64,000 nucleotides of DNA from Takakia lepidozioides (GCA_030704615.1 CM060731.1:54436001-54500000), one strand, 5' to 3'. Counted from the first letter of the stretch, positions 50,064-63,841 are shown. Numbers and translations are program-made. The notes: generated by a model from the letters alone, not told the origin.

Positions 50064-52242
50064 ATGTCTCTCCGACTACCAGTGAACTCAACTTTCCGCT
50101 CCAGACCCAAAAGCAAAGCACATAGACCAACTCTGTCTCTAACTCCCACTGGGAATATGGCCCAAGAATCGGATACCAACATGGACACCTTTGAAACACA
50201 ACTTGCTAATACGGTCCAACGCACGGTTCATCCTGCAATTAGCATCCGCTCAACCCACAGTCAGAGAGAATTTGATCGTGATATGTATGCCACGCTGCAG
50301 GACGAAGCGGTCATTCCTCCCAGCCCCCAAGAGCCCCAAGACATCACACAGAATCGCTCGAAGCGCGCCGCCAGCGAAATCCACAGCAACGCCGGAAGCA
50401 CGCACTCTGACTCTAAAAAACTTCGAGGTATTTTTCCCCCACGTACTCGGCCTGTCATGGAAATCAACACCTACTATGCTCTTACGCAACTATGGATGGG
50501 ATTTCAAACCATGGAGCAGCACGCTGTCGATCTTGATTGGCCCATTCTCAAAGAAGTTTGATCAAGCGAATCTCTCCAACAGCTGGGTCTTTCCTCTGAA
50601 GAATGCCATGACATGCTCACCTACAGGAAAGCCTTCCCAAGGATCCACCAACTTCTCTGCCCCTGCTCTCGATCTGACGGAAGAGACGGACAGTTCTTCC
50701 ATCTCACTCAATTGCCCAAAAATACCAACGTGAATCCTCACACAGGCTTGTCTGCCACTCCTTATCATATTATGATAAGATTTGACTCTGATACCACCAT
50801 GCCCAAGGAGGTTGTGCTACTTAGAGCCAAGAAACGATTTGAGGACATGGGTATTGCGCTTGGAAATGTCATGTACTATCCTGTCTCAGTTTACACTAAG
50901 CCAGCCTCTAAAATCTGGTCAGGTGTCTTGAAAATTGAGCTACAGCACCCTGAAGTGGATGGTCTTGTTCTCCTTCATGGAGATAGGGCCATTGTGATGG
51001 AATTAGCATCGGGAGAGAGGGTGCAGGGTAAGGTAGAAAAAGCTTACAATATGATAGCCTCATCTGAACACCTTTCTGTATACATGGCTGGAGACATCCT
51101 TCAGGGCTCTCTGGGATATATGTTAACAGCACACTTCATTATCGAGACATACAACCATGGAGATGAATTCGAATTCAAACATGTCAACAAACCGAAAGCT
51201 GACTCTGTGTTCTGCCACATCAACCTCCTCTCGGAGGACACAAGGAAAAGAATAATGGAGACGGGCATCCGCATTGAGCATACGCTCCTCAAACCTGTTC
51301 CCCACATCAAGAGAACAAGCATGACTGGCACCCCAGTGGAGATCGTCGTAGAGAGGAACGCTTTGACAATCGTAGCCAAGAACTTAGACGCGAAGCTAAC
51401 CCAAGAGGCAACAAAGGACTCTCTGTCGCGATTGTTTGGACAAGGAAACATCAAGGAGATCCTCTTCAGTAATGTCCATTCTTCAGAGAAAACAAAGCAT
51501 ACAGGAATGGCTCAACTTATCTGCAAAAATCCAACAATTTTCACATAGTGGTGCAACAGAAGAAATGAGCCAATGAAGGACAGGCTTGTAAATTTTGCGC
51601 CACATACACAGAGCCTGAATGGGATACTTCCGCCAGCACCAGAAATATTGCAATGCCTGCTGGTGGCAAATATCAACCAGGCCCTTGCGGACACGGTAGA
51701 ATCAATCAGCATTCAGCCAAGGAATGCCCCTGGTACTGGCCATGCTGCGCTCATGTCTGAAATCGACCAAAAGCTTGCTGCCCATGCCATTACGATCAAA
51801 ACAGACATCCGAGGTGAGCTCGCCTCCATGGCAAATTGTGTATCAGACACAATCACAACACAACAAACTAACTATCACACCTACATGCTATCTCTGCACA
51901 AGTCCATCACGGATCACTTGGGCAACCAACTTAGAAACCTTCTATAAGAGTGCCAACGTTATACTTGAGAAACTACCTCAGTTCAAAAGCTCTGGCATCC
52001 CAGGATTTACCGCCCCAACTGCAAATCAGACTACGCCTAGCTACCACCCCAATGCGGATATGCTCAGACACGCCACCCCCAAACGCATTGACAAAACAGG
52101 ACCGCACCAAAAGGAAGCACACACGAACATTGCACTATTGCATGGCACTCCAGGGGCGGGGCCATCCTCTCTCAATCCTCCAGGTGGGACTTACATAGCT
52201 ATAGCCAGCAACCAGGAGCATCACAATCCTGCCAATGTGTGA
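50064..52242 (+). pseudogene. Degenerate long ORF, probably ORF1 of a non-LTR retroelement with an RRM-like C-terminal domain
   Basis: ORFs 50064-50561, 50613-51548 and 51573-51947 share one frame separated by single stops. LTIVAKNL..SLSRLFGQGNIKEI..HTGMAQLIC..VNFAPH has an RNP2/RNP1-like RRM pattern. The ORF is intronless. Confidence 0.45.
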
Positions 52243-53614
52243 TCAATGTCGAAATACACTCCGCCTGCAGGCTCTAGTACCCCCACACATATCTTACAAT
52301 AGAAATTGTACCAATATGTTTAGATCTATATTACTCACAGTATTATTTAGCTTCATTTTGATATACATGCTCTCTAAATATGATTCAGAACAGATTATGC
52401 TCCATAGCCCTAGCACATCTACATTTTCACTGAGCACTCAATACAATATCATGCCACATTCTCTTTCTACTTGTCAATTTCAAACAAAGGCGGCCATCTA
52501 CATGCCTATTTTCTCCTACATTATCATCTACTCTATACTACAAACACGAGAAACACCACATCTGATCACCAATCTCTCATATATGCCTACTCACATCTGT
52601 CAAGTTATTTTACCACTAGTGTGAAACTAGCTAGAAAATAGCTAGCTTTTACATATTGACATTTGGGATTGGTCCAAGTGTCAATCCAGGGGTCAAGGCA
52701 AATTTAGGCCCTGGAGTGGTTATCTTCACGGCAAGCGCCGGAGGCTCATCTTTCATCTTTCTCGAGTTGAGCCTCACTGCTCCTAGCTATGGCGCCGTAG
52801 TGTGGATTCCCCATGGCGTGGGGTGCACTTGGCTTGACTTGTATTTGAGTGATGAGGTTATATATGCATGAGTTTATGCTTCAGCTTTGTGAGATCGCAT
52901 GAGCTTGTGCTTGTATTCTTCTTCTTTATCACTCGAGAAAGATGAGCTCGTATCTGTGAGTGCCAGATACAAGTTAGTTGTAGCACTTGTGGTTTTTGCT
53001 TGAGAATGAGAGAAATCAGGTTGTTATACAAGGAGCACCGTGGAGCTCTTGGTTGTTAGAAGCGGAGACGATGTGGGTTACGAGGTAGTAGATCTTGGTA
53101 TTTGATCTTCAGCTTAAGAGATGAAAGCACCATGCTGCAGGTAATTCCAGAGCACCTTGATAGTTTCAGATTGTGTACATGCATGAGCAAGCACGATTAG
53201 GAAGAGGACCAGTCAAGAGTAGGTTAGAGTGGCTTTGGTGGCAAAGCTGAGAATTGGACTTGGGAATGCGAGCTTTCATTGTGTGAAGGATTGCAAGACC
53301 AAGCAAAAGGGTTGATTTGGCTTGGGGCAAATCAGTGCACTTTGTGGAGTATGTTGAGATTGGGTTTCAATCTTGAGCTTCAGCATTGAGAGGGCTTTTG
53401 TCATGGCAAGAGCAGGGCTAGAACAAGAGCTAAGAGGTGCGGCAAAGCAATGGAATGTGTACCTAGGGTTTGAGAGCTTGGAAGAAGAGCTCTTGCACCA
53501 CAAGAGGAGTGTCTTGTGGCTGGAAATGTAAGCCTTAGGGTTTCAGGAGCTTGGCAAAGGCTATGGAGTGCTTAGTCTTGTCTTAGAGAGCATCAAGGAG
53601 CCAAGGAGCCAAGA

Positions 53615-53950
53615 TAGGGGGCTGATATTACCTCTTGTGTGAAGATGATGCATGTGTGGAGCATGCATGCAGCCCATTGAAGCTTCCATCTTCAAGCTTG
53701 GAGGGCAAGCAAGGAAGAGGGAAGGGCTGACTTCTCTTATGTGAGGGCAACGCATGTGTGGAGCATGCTTTTAGCCCGTTGAAGGCTTGCATTTTCAGGT
53801 TTGGGAGTGCAAGAAAGGAATGAAGGAGCTGGTTTCCCTGTAGGGCATGTGTGGAGCATGCATTCAGCCTAGTTAGGCCTCCATCTTTAAGCTTTGGAGA
53901 GCTAGAAGAGAAGGTAAGGGGCTGATCTGCTCTTATGTGACAGTCCGACA
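53615..53950. repeat. ~100-bp tandem repeat, about 3 copies
   Basis: gcatgtgtggagcatgc..agccc..ttcaagcttggag recurs at ~53650, ~53753 and ~53845. Confidence 0.75.
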
Positions 53951-54374
53951 CTTGTAGAGCGTGTTCTGAGTTGGGGTTTCAACTACAAGCCTAGATAGAG
54001 CATGGCTCTTGAAGTGGCAGATGTAGGGGGCTGGAATAGGCTCTAAGACACATTCTATGGCCAAGGAGAGCGCATGAATAAGTGCCTACAAGGGCTGGAA
54101 GTCAGCCATGTTTGGTTAGTCGCCATAGGGATCAATGGCGCTGTTTTGTGAGTTAAAAGGAGGCTTGAGCACTTAGTTTCGGTTGCAAACATCTTCCTTT
54201 GGAATTAGAGCTACTATTGGTGGTGTGTGGGGGCCACAAAGAGCAAGAATACCTTGCTGATTTCCTCACAGCCGCCATAGCTCAGTGCAAAGAAGCCTAG
54301 AGTCCAAGAGACACAAACCCTAGCTTGTCGTGGCTAAACCCCTTGGAGAAATGGCTAAACTGTCATGAGTGGCC

Positions 54375-55010
54375 ATGGATGGGGCTGTGACGGGCTGTGA
54401 CAAGCTGTGATAGGCTGTGGCGGGCTATGACAGGCTGTGATAGGCTGTGACAGGCTGTGGCGGGTTGTGCCCTATGGCCTGTGGGGCTGTGACAGGCTGT
54501 GATGGGTTGTGATGGACTATGATAGGCTGTGGCGCGCTGTGACAGGCTGTGCCCTATGGCCTGTGGGGCTGTGACGGGCTGTGACAGGTTGTGATGGGCT
54601 GTGGCCTTTGGGGCTGTGATGGGCTGTGACAGGCTGTGACCTGTGGCTTGTGGGGCTGTGACGGACTGTGATAGGCTGTGATGGGCTGTGCCTATGGCCT
54701 TTGGGGCTGTGACGGGCTGTGACCTGTGGCCCGTGGGGCTGTGATGGACTGTGACACGCTGTGATGGGCTGTGACAAGCTGTGACATGTGGCCTTTGGGG
54801 CCGTGAGGGGCTGTGCCATGTGGCCTTTGGGGTTATGACTGGCTGTGACTTGTGGCCTTGGGGGCTGTGACAGACTGTGATGGGCTGTGAGGGGCTGTGA
54901 CAGGCTGTGACCTGTGGCCAGTGGCCTGTGTGGGGTTGTGATGGCTGTGACCAGTGATCTGTGTGGGCATGTGTTGGTCTGTGGTGGCCCGTGTTGACCT
55001 GTGGATGGCC
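54375..55010. repeat. Minisatellite built on GGGCTGTGA(C/T), ~10-bp unit
   Basis: Dozens of ggctgtga/ggctgtgg units interspersed with tggcct. Confidence 0.93.
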
Positions 55011-55494
55011 TGTGCTGACTCGTGGAGGCACTGGTGGACTGCCTAAGGACTGGCATAATGGTCTTGAAGGCTGAATTTTGACGCTCGTGGAGGGCGGTTT
55101 GCGGAGTATCTCTTGATATTCCCATGGTCATGCAAGTGAGGGAAGAGAGGAGAGAAAGAGTATTGGGATGAGGGCATGTTGGGGTTAGGCATTGCTTTAG
55201 CTTCTCTTCCTCGTAGTTTTCCACCATCTCATTAGGCCAAGACCTTTCCGTAGGTGGAGGCAAGAGTCAATCTGGGTTTGGGGTGTTTTTGCAAGAGCAA
55301 CACTGTGGAGTTGTTTTTGGTGTGGGGGAGTGGTCGTTCTGATTTCTTGTGTTTGGATCCCCTCCATACCTGCATGCTTGACTGTGCGCCATGTTAGTTT
55401 TGTGTGGGCGCTTGTTTTTATAGGTGATTGGTCCGGATTTGATCACCGGCCAGTCCTAGAGCATGCTGTCGATGGTGAGGCTGGGGTGATAACC

Positions 55495-58400
55495 TGTCGC
55501 GGCCCTTTGCCTTGAGGGCAGGGGGTCGGGACACATGAGGGGCTGCCCCTGTGGTGGGGGCAGCGGCAGCGATAGGTATGGGGGGGCTGAATCACCCTTG
55601 AGTGCCCAAGGCACTCAAGGAGGCGGAGGCGCTCACTAGGTGGAGCCCCGCACACCGGGTTGCGGTGGGGGTGGCTCCACAAGGGGTGGTGGTAGCTTAG
55701 CGGGACTTAGTGGGGGTGGCATAGGACTCACCATGGGGGCGGAGACCTCGTGGTGGGAGTCGTGGGGAGTCTTCGGACTCATCACGGTCCATAGGGGCCG
55801 TGGTGAGCGGGCCAAGACTCACCGCGACTCATCACCGGGAGTCGAGGGTTTTCGTGGTGGTTCGCCATAAAATGGCATGGCTGGTTGTGAAACCCCGCGG
55901 ACAGCTACAGAAGTATATATAGGGAGTAGTAACCCCGAGAACGGTGCAAGCCCATTGGTGATCAAAAACTAGTGAGTAAGCGATCGAGCCGGAAAGCGAC
56001 CAAAGAGTGGGGAGCTGTTCCGGACTGCCATCTACCAAAGGGAATTCTCCTAGTCCCAATTAGGTGGAGGGTTTAGAGAGAAGCGAAGGGTGGGACCGTT
56101 ATGTCCCGGTGAGCAGCCGAAGCTCCAAGTTGGCCCGGCGGCCAGGTTGGGAGTCAGGCGCGCGCATCAAAGCGAGTAACTATGACGTGAAGGGAAGCTT
56201 ACCGAAGGGAGGTGCGCGACATTTGGTATCAGAGCTTAGAGTTCAGTACGCGATCGTCCTTGGGATTGGCCTCATCATGGGGTCGGACAAGCCGAAGTGA
56301 AAGCGGAACGGCCCAAAAGATGATGATCCCGGTGAGCCCGATGGGGGCGGCGTGTCACCGAGGCGGCCGTTTGAGGAAGCGATGCATGTTTCCGAAAACG
56401 AGGCCGCCCAAGAGCGGGAGGAATCCGAGGAATCGGAGCCCGAGGAATCCTTGAGAGCTCCGACAAACCAAGAGACGCCTCCCATGCCGGCAGCCTTTTG
56501 GGAAGGGTTGTTGGCGCAGTTTGGCGGGACGTTGAAAGACGTGTTGAAGGCGGCTAATGCCACATCCACTAAGGCAAAGTTTAAGGTGAAGCCTAAGGAA
56601 CCCGGCACCTTCGAGGGCGTCCGAAATCGGAAGGCACTCAACACCTGGCTCTTGGAGCTGGAGCAGTACTTCCGGGCGGCCAAGTTGAGTGACGAGGATC
56701 GCGTGGAAGTGGCTCCCACCTATTTGAGGGGCTATGCTCAACAATGGTGGCAGAAACACCTTCACGACCGAGGTCCAAGCCCGGAAACCTTGAACTGGAG
56801 TGGGTTCAAGGAATTGATGAAGAGACAATTTGTGCCCCTCAACGCGTCCGGGCTTGCCCGGGACTAGATGAGGAATTTGAAGCAAACAGATGACATTCGG
56901 GGGTATGTCCAGGCTTTCAATGTGCTGTTGCTCAAAGTCGCGGACATGGCAGAACCAGAAATGGTCTTCAACTTTGTGACGCCGTTGCCGGTGTCATGAA
57001 GGAGTGCGACGCTCCTGTGTCCACCAACAACGACACATTAGTTCCAAAGCTGGGACTCCCGACAAGTGACGTGGGGGCCTCTATTGAGGTGCGTTCTGCC
57101 AAAGGAGAACCACAGTTGGCGACAAGGTTGGCGTTTCATGTTCCTCTTTAACTGGGGAGTTGGGAGGGACGTGAGAACTTCACCATCTGCGAGATCGATG
57201 GAGTAGATCTCATTTTTGGGATGACCTTTTTGAGCAAATCCGGAGCGGTCATAGATGACCGCAAGAGAGTAGTCACGCTGCCATGTGGGAATGGTGGCGA
57301 GGTCTTACGAGTGTCGGAAACGCCCAAATCCGTGGGAGGGCGAATAAATCTTCTGTCAGCAAGGGAGTGGGCCGTGGAGGAGGCACACGAACCCCAGTTT
57401 TTGCTTTACATTAGAGAAGTGAAGGGAGAAGGCGATGGGGAGCCGCCCAGATTGGATCAAGGGGATTTTGGAGAAATACCAGGATGTGATGTCGGAGGAT
57501 TTACCAAGCGGCTTGCCACCGCGAAGAGGAGTTGACCACAAGATTGAGGTGATACCGGGAACGGAACCGCCTGCCAAGGCACCCTACCAGTTGAGCCACA
57601 GGGAGTTGGTCGAGCTGAAGACTCAGCTCAAGGATCTAATGTCAAAGGGGTACATCCAGCCGAGTAAGTCACCTTACGGAGCCCCGGTGCTATTCGCAGA
57701 CAAGAAGGATGGGACGCTGCGGATGTGTGTCGATTACAGGGCTCTGAATAAGGTGACTATAAAAAACCGGTACCCTTTGCCAAGGATCGACGACCTCTTC
57801 GATCGGTTAGCAGGAGCGAAGTATTTCAGCCGGATCGAGTTGCGCTCCGGCTATCACCAAATTCGGGTGGCGAAAAGAGATGAGGAGAAGACCGCGTGAA
57901 GGACAAGATATGGTTCATATGAGTTCTTGGTGATGCCTTTTGGGCTCACCAATGCACCAGCGACATTTAGCACGCTGATGAACAGCTTTTTTCAGGAGTG
58001 GTTGGATGACTTTGTGATCGTGTACATCGACGACATCTTGGTGTACTCGAAAACAAAGGAGGAGCACCTGGAGCACCTCAAAAGGGTGTTCCAAAAGTTG
58101 CGGGAATGGAAGCTGTACGCCAAAGCTTCAAAGTGCGAATTCGGGATCACGAAAGTGGAGTTCTTGGGGCATGTGATTACACAGGATGGGATCAAAATGG
58201 ATGACAGAAAGGTTAGGGCGATCTTGGACTGGGAGCCTCCGAATTCGGTCCTGGGAGTGTGATCCTTCCTAGGACTCGCCTCCTATTACCGGAAGTATGT
58301 GAGAAATTTCGCCAAGATTGCGGGGCCGCTGTCAGACCTTCTGTGTAAATCTAAGGTCTGGGCATGGAACACCTTTTGTGGCCAAGCTTTTGCTGAATTG

Positions 58401-61400
58401 AAGCAGCGGATGGCGGAAGCTCCAATCTTGAAAATCCCGGAGTTCGATCGTCCGTTTGAGATACATACAGATGCGTCGGACTTCGCGATTGGTGGTGTGC
58501 TGATGCAAGATGGACGTCCAGTGGCTTACGAAAGTAAGAAACTGAACGAAGTGGAGCGACGGTGGCCAACGCACGAGAAAGAGATGAAGGCGGTGGTGCA
58601 CTGTCTTGAGCTCTAGCGCCACCATGTTGGTTCCAACCTAGTGAAGGTGTTCACGGAAAATGTCACGGTGAAGTATTTTGCCACGCAGCCCAAGTTGTCC
58701 CCAAAACAACTTAGGTGGCAAGATACTTTGGCGGTGTTCGACGTGGATATCCAGTACAAACCGGGACGAGACAACGTGGTGGCCGATGCTTTAAGTAGAA
58801 AGCAACAGCTCTTGTTGATGTACAAGGGCGAGACGACGCTCCAAAGGAAGATCCGAAAGGCTTGCCGGAAGGATGAGCTGGCAAAGTCCGTGATGCAGGA
58901 CTTGAGGATGGGGGTTAAATCGCAGTTCCACTTGCAAAATGGACTGCTCCGGTATAAGCAAGAGCGTCTCTACGTGCCGAAGGGAGGGATCAGAGATAGC
59001 CTCTTGAGAGAATGCCATGATAGCCCGCTTGCGGGCCACGGCGGAGCCAAGCGCACTGCGGCACTCTTGAAGAAAGAGTATTTCTGGCCCAAACTGAGGG
59101 AGGAGGCAGAGGAGTATGTCAAGACATGCACCACATGCCAACAAAACCGGAGCGAGTACAAAAAGCAACCGGGCTGTTACAACCCTTGCCGATTCCTGAG
59201 GGGACTTGGGAAAGCGTCTCGATGGATTTCATGACTGCTATGCCGCTGTCAAAAGGATTCGATGCAATCATGGTGGTGGTGGATAGGTTCAATAAAATGG
59301 GCCATTTCATCCCCACCAAGGAGTCGGCAACGGCGCAGTAGACAGGGCGACTTTACTTCGCCCACGTCTTAAAGCATCATGGAGTCTCGAAGGATATTGT
59401 CTTGGACCGCGATCCAAAGTTTACGAGTAAATTTTGGAGGACACTTTGGAAGAAGATGGGGACGAGGCTGAAGATGAGCACCGCCTTCCGACCTACGACG
59501 GACGGCCAAACGGAAAGAGTGAATTCCGTAGTGAAGCAATTCTTGCGGAATTACGTGTCGGCAGACCAATCAGACTGGATGGAACACTTAGACGCGGCAG
59601 AGTTCTGTTATAATAACACAGAATACTCCGCAACGGGAGTTTCCCCTTTCGTATTGGTCTATGGAAAAGCACCTCTGGTGCCGACAAGTTGGGCCGCCCA
59701 GGACGTTGAGGAACCGGCAGTAGCGGCGGTACTGGAAGAACGCGAACGTTTGTTGAAGCTCGCAAAGTACAACATTGCCAAAGCTAGGAAACGGTATGAA
59801 AGGCAGGCGAATCGGAAGCGGAGGGAAGTGAAGTTTGAGGCAGGCACAGAGGTCTGGTTGAACATCAAGAATTTCCGACTACCTCCGGAAGTGAGTCCAA
59901 AGTTCGTACCTCCGTATGCGGGACCCTTTCGCATTCGGAAGGTTATGAATGAGGATGTGTATGAATTGGAGCTGCCGGCAAACAGCAAGGTGCACCCGGT
60001 ATTCCATGTCTCCCTTTTGAAGCCTTACTTCAAAGATGAAGCGCGTCCGAATCGGCATCAAGTGTTGCGTCCGCCACCTATGCTGTTGGATCATGAAAAT
60101 GAACCTCAGTACGAGGTGGAGGCAATATTTAAGTCGAGGAGGTTCAGGAACCGAGAAACGGAGTATCTCGTCAAATGGAAGGCTATCCTCATGTGGAGGC
60201 ATCTTGGGTGCGTGCCTCAGAAATGGGAAACGCATCCGAGGCAGTTGCAGCTTTCGAAGGGCGACCTCAAAAGCGGAAGAAGCGTTGATGGGGACATCAA
60301 CCTTGGAGCGTGGGGGAGGAAATGCATGCTTAGCCCGGTTTAGCTAGCTCAGGAATCCGATTGCAAAAACTTATATTGTACAAAAATTTGTTATAAAGGA
60401 AATGGGTTCCAAATATTGTGCGTCCTATTGTGTTTGGAATGGTGATGCATGGTGTGGTTGGCTAGTGTGTAGAATGCATGCTAGCTTACAAAAGTGGGAG
60501 AGGTAAATTGGGTTAATCGTGTGTTTGCGCAGTGCCGAAATCGGGTGACTCCCATCCAAGGGGCAAGGAAACTTGCGCCTTTCTTAAGGAGTTCACGTGC
60601 TAATGCGCACCCGGCGCGTGCGCGTACTATAACTGCGCTACCGAGGGGGTTGCCTTGTAGTGCGGGCTAACGCGGAAGCTACGTGTTTCCGTTCACGTAC
60701 TATAATCGTGTAGCCTCGGGACGAAGTCGTAGTGCGGCTTCGGCGTGTTCCCGTACCTCAGGCCAGCATTCCAAGGCGGACCCAATTGTAGTGATTGGGG
60801 CGCACGGTTGGTTCAAGGTTATCTTCCTAGTCAAAGAGGGTTCCAGGTGAACCCTTGCTCAAGGTGATGCCAAAAGCGGCATCATGAGCGATCGCAAGCA
60901 ATGTTGTTGCAGTAAGGCGATTCGATCCTCGGGGAGGATCGTTCCTTGGCCTTGAAGTAGGCCAAGAAGAGTGCACTGGGAGGAGCTGGAGAGGCTCCAC
61001 CCTTGGCCGGGACTTGGAGGAAGTCGGCCGAACTAGCTAGTGGAGAGTAGAGTCAAGTGTGGGGTTTGGTTCTTTTCCATGGGACGCCATGGTACAGAAA
61101 CAAACTCCTTGATCTGGGACACCACAACTTGGATGTTCGTTTCTACAAAATGGACAAGTCGATGAGGACATCGACTCCCTGTTGGTAGGGGTGTAGGTCG
61201 CGGCCCTTTGCCTTGAGGGCAGGGGGTTGGGACACATGAGGGGCTGCCCCTGTGGTGGGGGCAGCGGCAGCGATAGGTATGGGGGGCTGAAGCACCCTTG
61301 AGTGCCCAAGGCACTCAAGGAGCGCGGAGGCGCTCACTAGGTGGAGCCCCGCACACCGGGTTGCGGTGGGGGTGGCTCCACAAGGGGTGGTGGTAGCTTA

Positions 61401-61923
61401 GCGGGACTTAGTGGGGGTGGCATAAGACTCACCATGGGGGCGGAGACCTCGTGGTGGGAGTCGTGGGGAGTCTTCGGACTCATCACGGTCCATAGGGGCC
61501 GTGGTGAGCGGGCCAAGACTCACCGCGACTCATCACCGGGAGTCGAGGGTTTTCGTGGTGGTTCGCCATAAAATGGCATGGCTGGTTGTGGAACCCCCGC
61601 GGACAGCTATAGAAGTATATATAGGGAGTAGTAACCCCGAGAACGGTGCAAGCCCGTTGATGACCAAAAACTAGTGGGTAAGCGATCGAGCCGGAAAGCG
61701 ACCAAAGAGTGGGGAGCTGTTCCGGACTGCCATCTACCAAAGGGAATTCTCCTAGTCCCAATTAGGTGGAGGGTTTAGAGGGAAGCGAAGGGGGGGACCG
61801 TTATGTCCCGGTGAGCAGCCGAAGCTCCAAGTTGGCCCGGCGGCCAGGTTGGGAGTCAGGCGCGCGCATCAAAGCGAGTAACTATGACGTGAAGGGAAGC
61901 TTACCAAAGGGAGGTGCGCGACA
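55495..61923 (+). mobile_element. Galadriel-like chromovirus, copy 2 (degenerate; internal deletion plus inversion)
   Basis: LTRs at 55495-56221 and 61196-61923; TSD TAACC (55490-55494, 61924-61928); PBS TGGTATCAGAGC at 56224-56235. Gag-pol is highly similar to copy 1 but has many stops and frameshifts. Confidence 0.95.
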
Positions 61924-62200
61924 TAACCAGTCAGACCATCATTGTTTCTCATGTGGTGAGGTTGGAGGTGATGACCAACCAACCATAGGAGTGCTTGAGG
62001 TGGATGCAGGTGCAAGTGTAGGCTATGTTATGAACCTAGTATTCCAAACCATAAGCCGCAACAAGTTCTCTACCCGGTTACCTTGTGGAGAGGGGGTTAG
62101 GGACATGTTCATGACCGGTTGAGTGACAGTTTGTCAACACGGAGGTGCCACTAGTTGCTGGGGACAGTGCCGGTTCGAGCACTAGCGATACTAGTGGGTA

Positions 62201-63841
62201 CATGAGACGAGATGTGCGGTTTAGGCCACCTTCACCTCCAGTATCTTCTACGGAAGGTTCTGATTCGGATTGTGAATCAGGAGGACTCACACCGGCGGTG
62301 CAAGTTGTTTCCTTGCCATTGTTGTGCGACACAATGGATGAGATGTATGGAGCTACCAAAGGGCCATGAAGGTACTCTGGGGCGGTGGGCACCATCGAGT
62401 TGGATGATTTTATCCAAGATTTTGATAGTTGGTGTGATTTGCAGCAAATGCGTAATCCACAACTATTTACGCCTTTCATGGCATGGAAGGGGCTGTTTCA
62501 ACACCTTGAGGGGTCGCCTATGGATGATTACCATGAGTTCAGGTGGGGGCATGAGGTTGAGATCGAGGAGTGGAGGATGTACAGGTCACCCGACTATGTA
62601 TCCATCACTAGGGGCACTAGAGCCACGAGGGCAGTGGCTACACCTGCCGTTGCACCGGCAGCTTTAGCAAGCAGCACTGGGACTAGTGGGACTGGTGGTA
62701 CCATAGCTACGACGTCCACCCAAGCCACTATCGCACCAGCACCAGTACCCGTGCCTGCCTTCAACCCTGTTATGGAGTTCTTCGAAGAGTTGAGAGGAAA
62801 CTACCAAGGGGTGAGGACAGAGAAGTTGCGGAGCTTGCAAGAGTTCCAACGGAAGCCTATTGAGAGCTTGAGGGAGGCTTTCACTCGCATGAGGCGCTTG
62901 ATAAATGTAACCCAAGGGGTTACAGAAGCTCAGGCAGTCCAATTCTGGTATGGGATATTGGACAAGGAGCTGAGGAGAAGGGTGCGGGATGCAACTGTCC
63001 TACAAGCGGCCCAACCCACCTTAGCAAATGTGTTTTTGCTAGCAGAGCGGATAGAGCCCAACATGGTGGAGGAACGAGTGGTCATGGTGGGATTTGCTAA
63101 GGAGACACCACGGGGTAGTGGTGCTCCTAGCCAACCACTACCTCAATGTGCTCAAGGCAACAAGGGGGCTCAAGTGAAGCTTAGGGAAGGACAGAGAGGA
63201 CCTCAGATGTAGGGGCCTCTCCCTTCATTTGCAGGCCAACAACGGGCGGAGGTGGTGTGTTGGACATGTGGAGGACCCCATGTCAAGAAGGATTGCCCAG
63301 AGGGAGGCAAAGGGCCGGCACATGCACAGCCTGCACAGTTGTAGTGTGGGCATTATGGCAAGCACGGGCATGGAGAGGTGCTCAGTTGCAGCAGTTAGTG
63401 GAGCCTAATGCCGACGAGCGAGAGCGGGCTATGGGTTTTTCCACTGGGACCACGGCGGTGCCTTTTATTTCTGAGGCATCACGTCGTCAGGTGTTGGGGC
63501 AAGCAATGGATCTCAATTGTTTGACCTGGATTATCAGCTTGGCTATGGCTGAGCAACGTAGAGTGCGGAGTGCACTTCCCTTGACGGTCTCTTTGCTTAC
63601 CGAGACGGTACAAGCAGTGAGTGGGGGCGAGCATAAGAGGACCATGGGGTGCAGACATCCATGGCACACGTGGGAGGTGCTCGAGGTTCAGAGGGAGTTG
63701 GCAGCCAAGGCGGCGGTGATGGATGAGGTTGGGGATTTTTCTCGGATTGAGGAAGTCCTCAAGGATGAGATGATGGGGCAGGATGAGGCCTTGTCATTGA
63801 CTGAGCAGGCAGGGAGTACTGCTCAAGAGGTTGCAACATAA
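62201..63841 (+). pseudogene. Gag-like protein of the flanking LTR element, with premature stops
   Basis: ELDDFIQDFDSWC..LFQHLEG..; LRSLQEFQRKPIESLREAFTRMRRL..AVQFWYGILDKELRRRV (retrotransposon gag); zinc knuckle CWTCGGPHVKKDC at 63258 in the same frame past TAG 63210. Confidence 0.75.

Noticed and set aside
54375-55010. Possible CRISPR array or telomere tract
   Set aside because: There are no unique spacers, the context is eukaryotic, and the unit is not TTTAGGG.
54363-55263. 222-aa and 248-aa His/Ser/Pro-rich ORFs on the - strand
   Set aside because: They are translations of the GGGCTGTGA minisatellite, which lacks stops on that strand.
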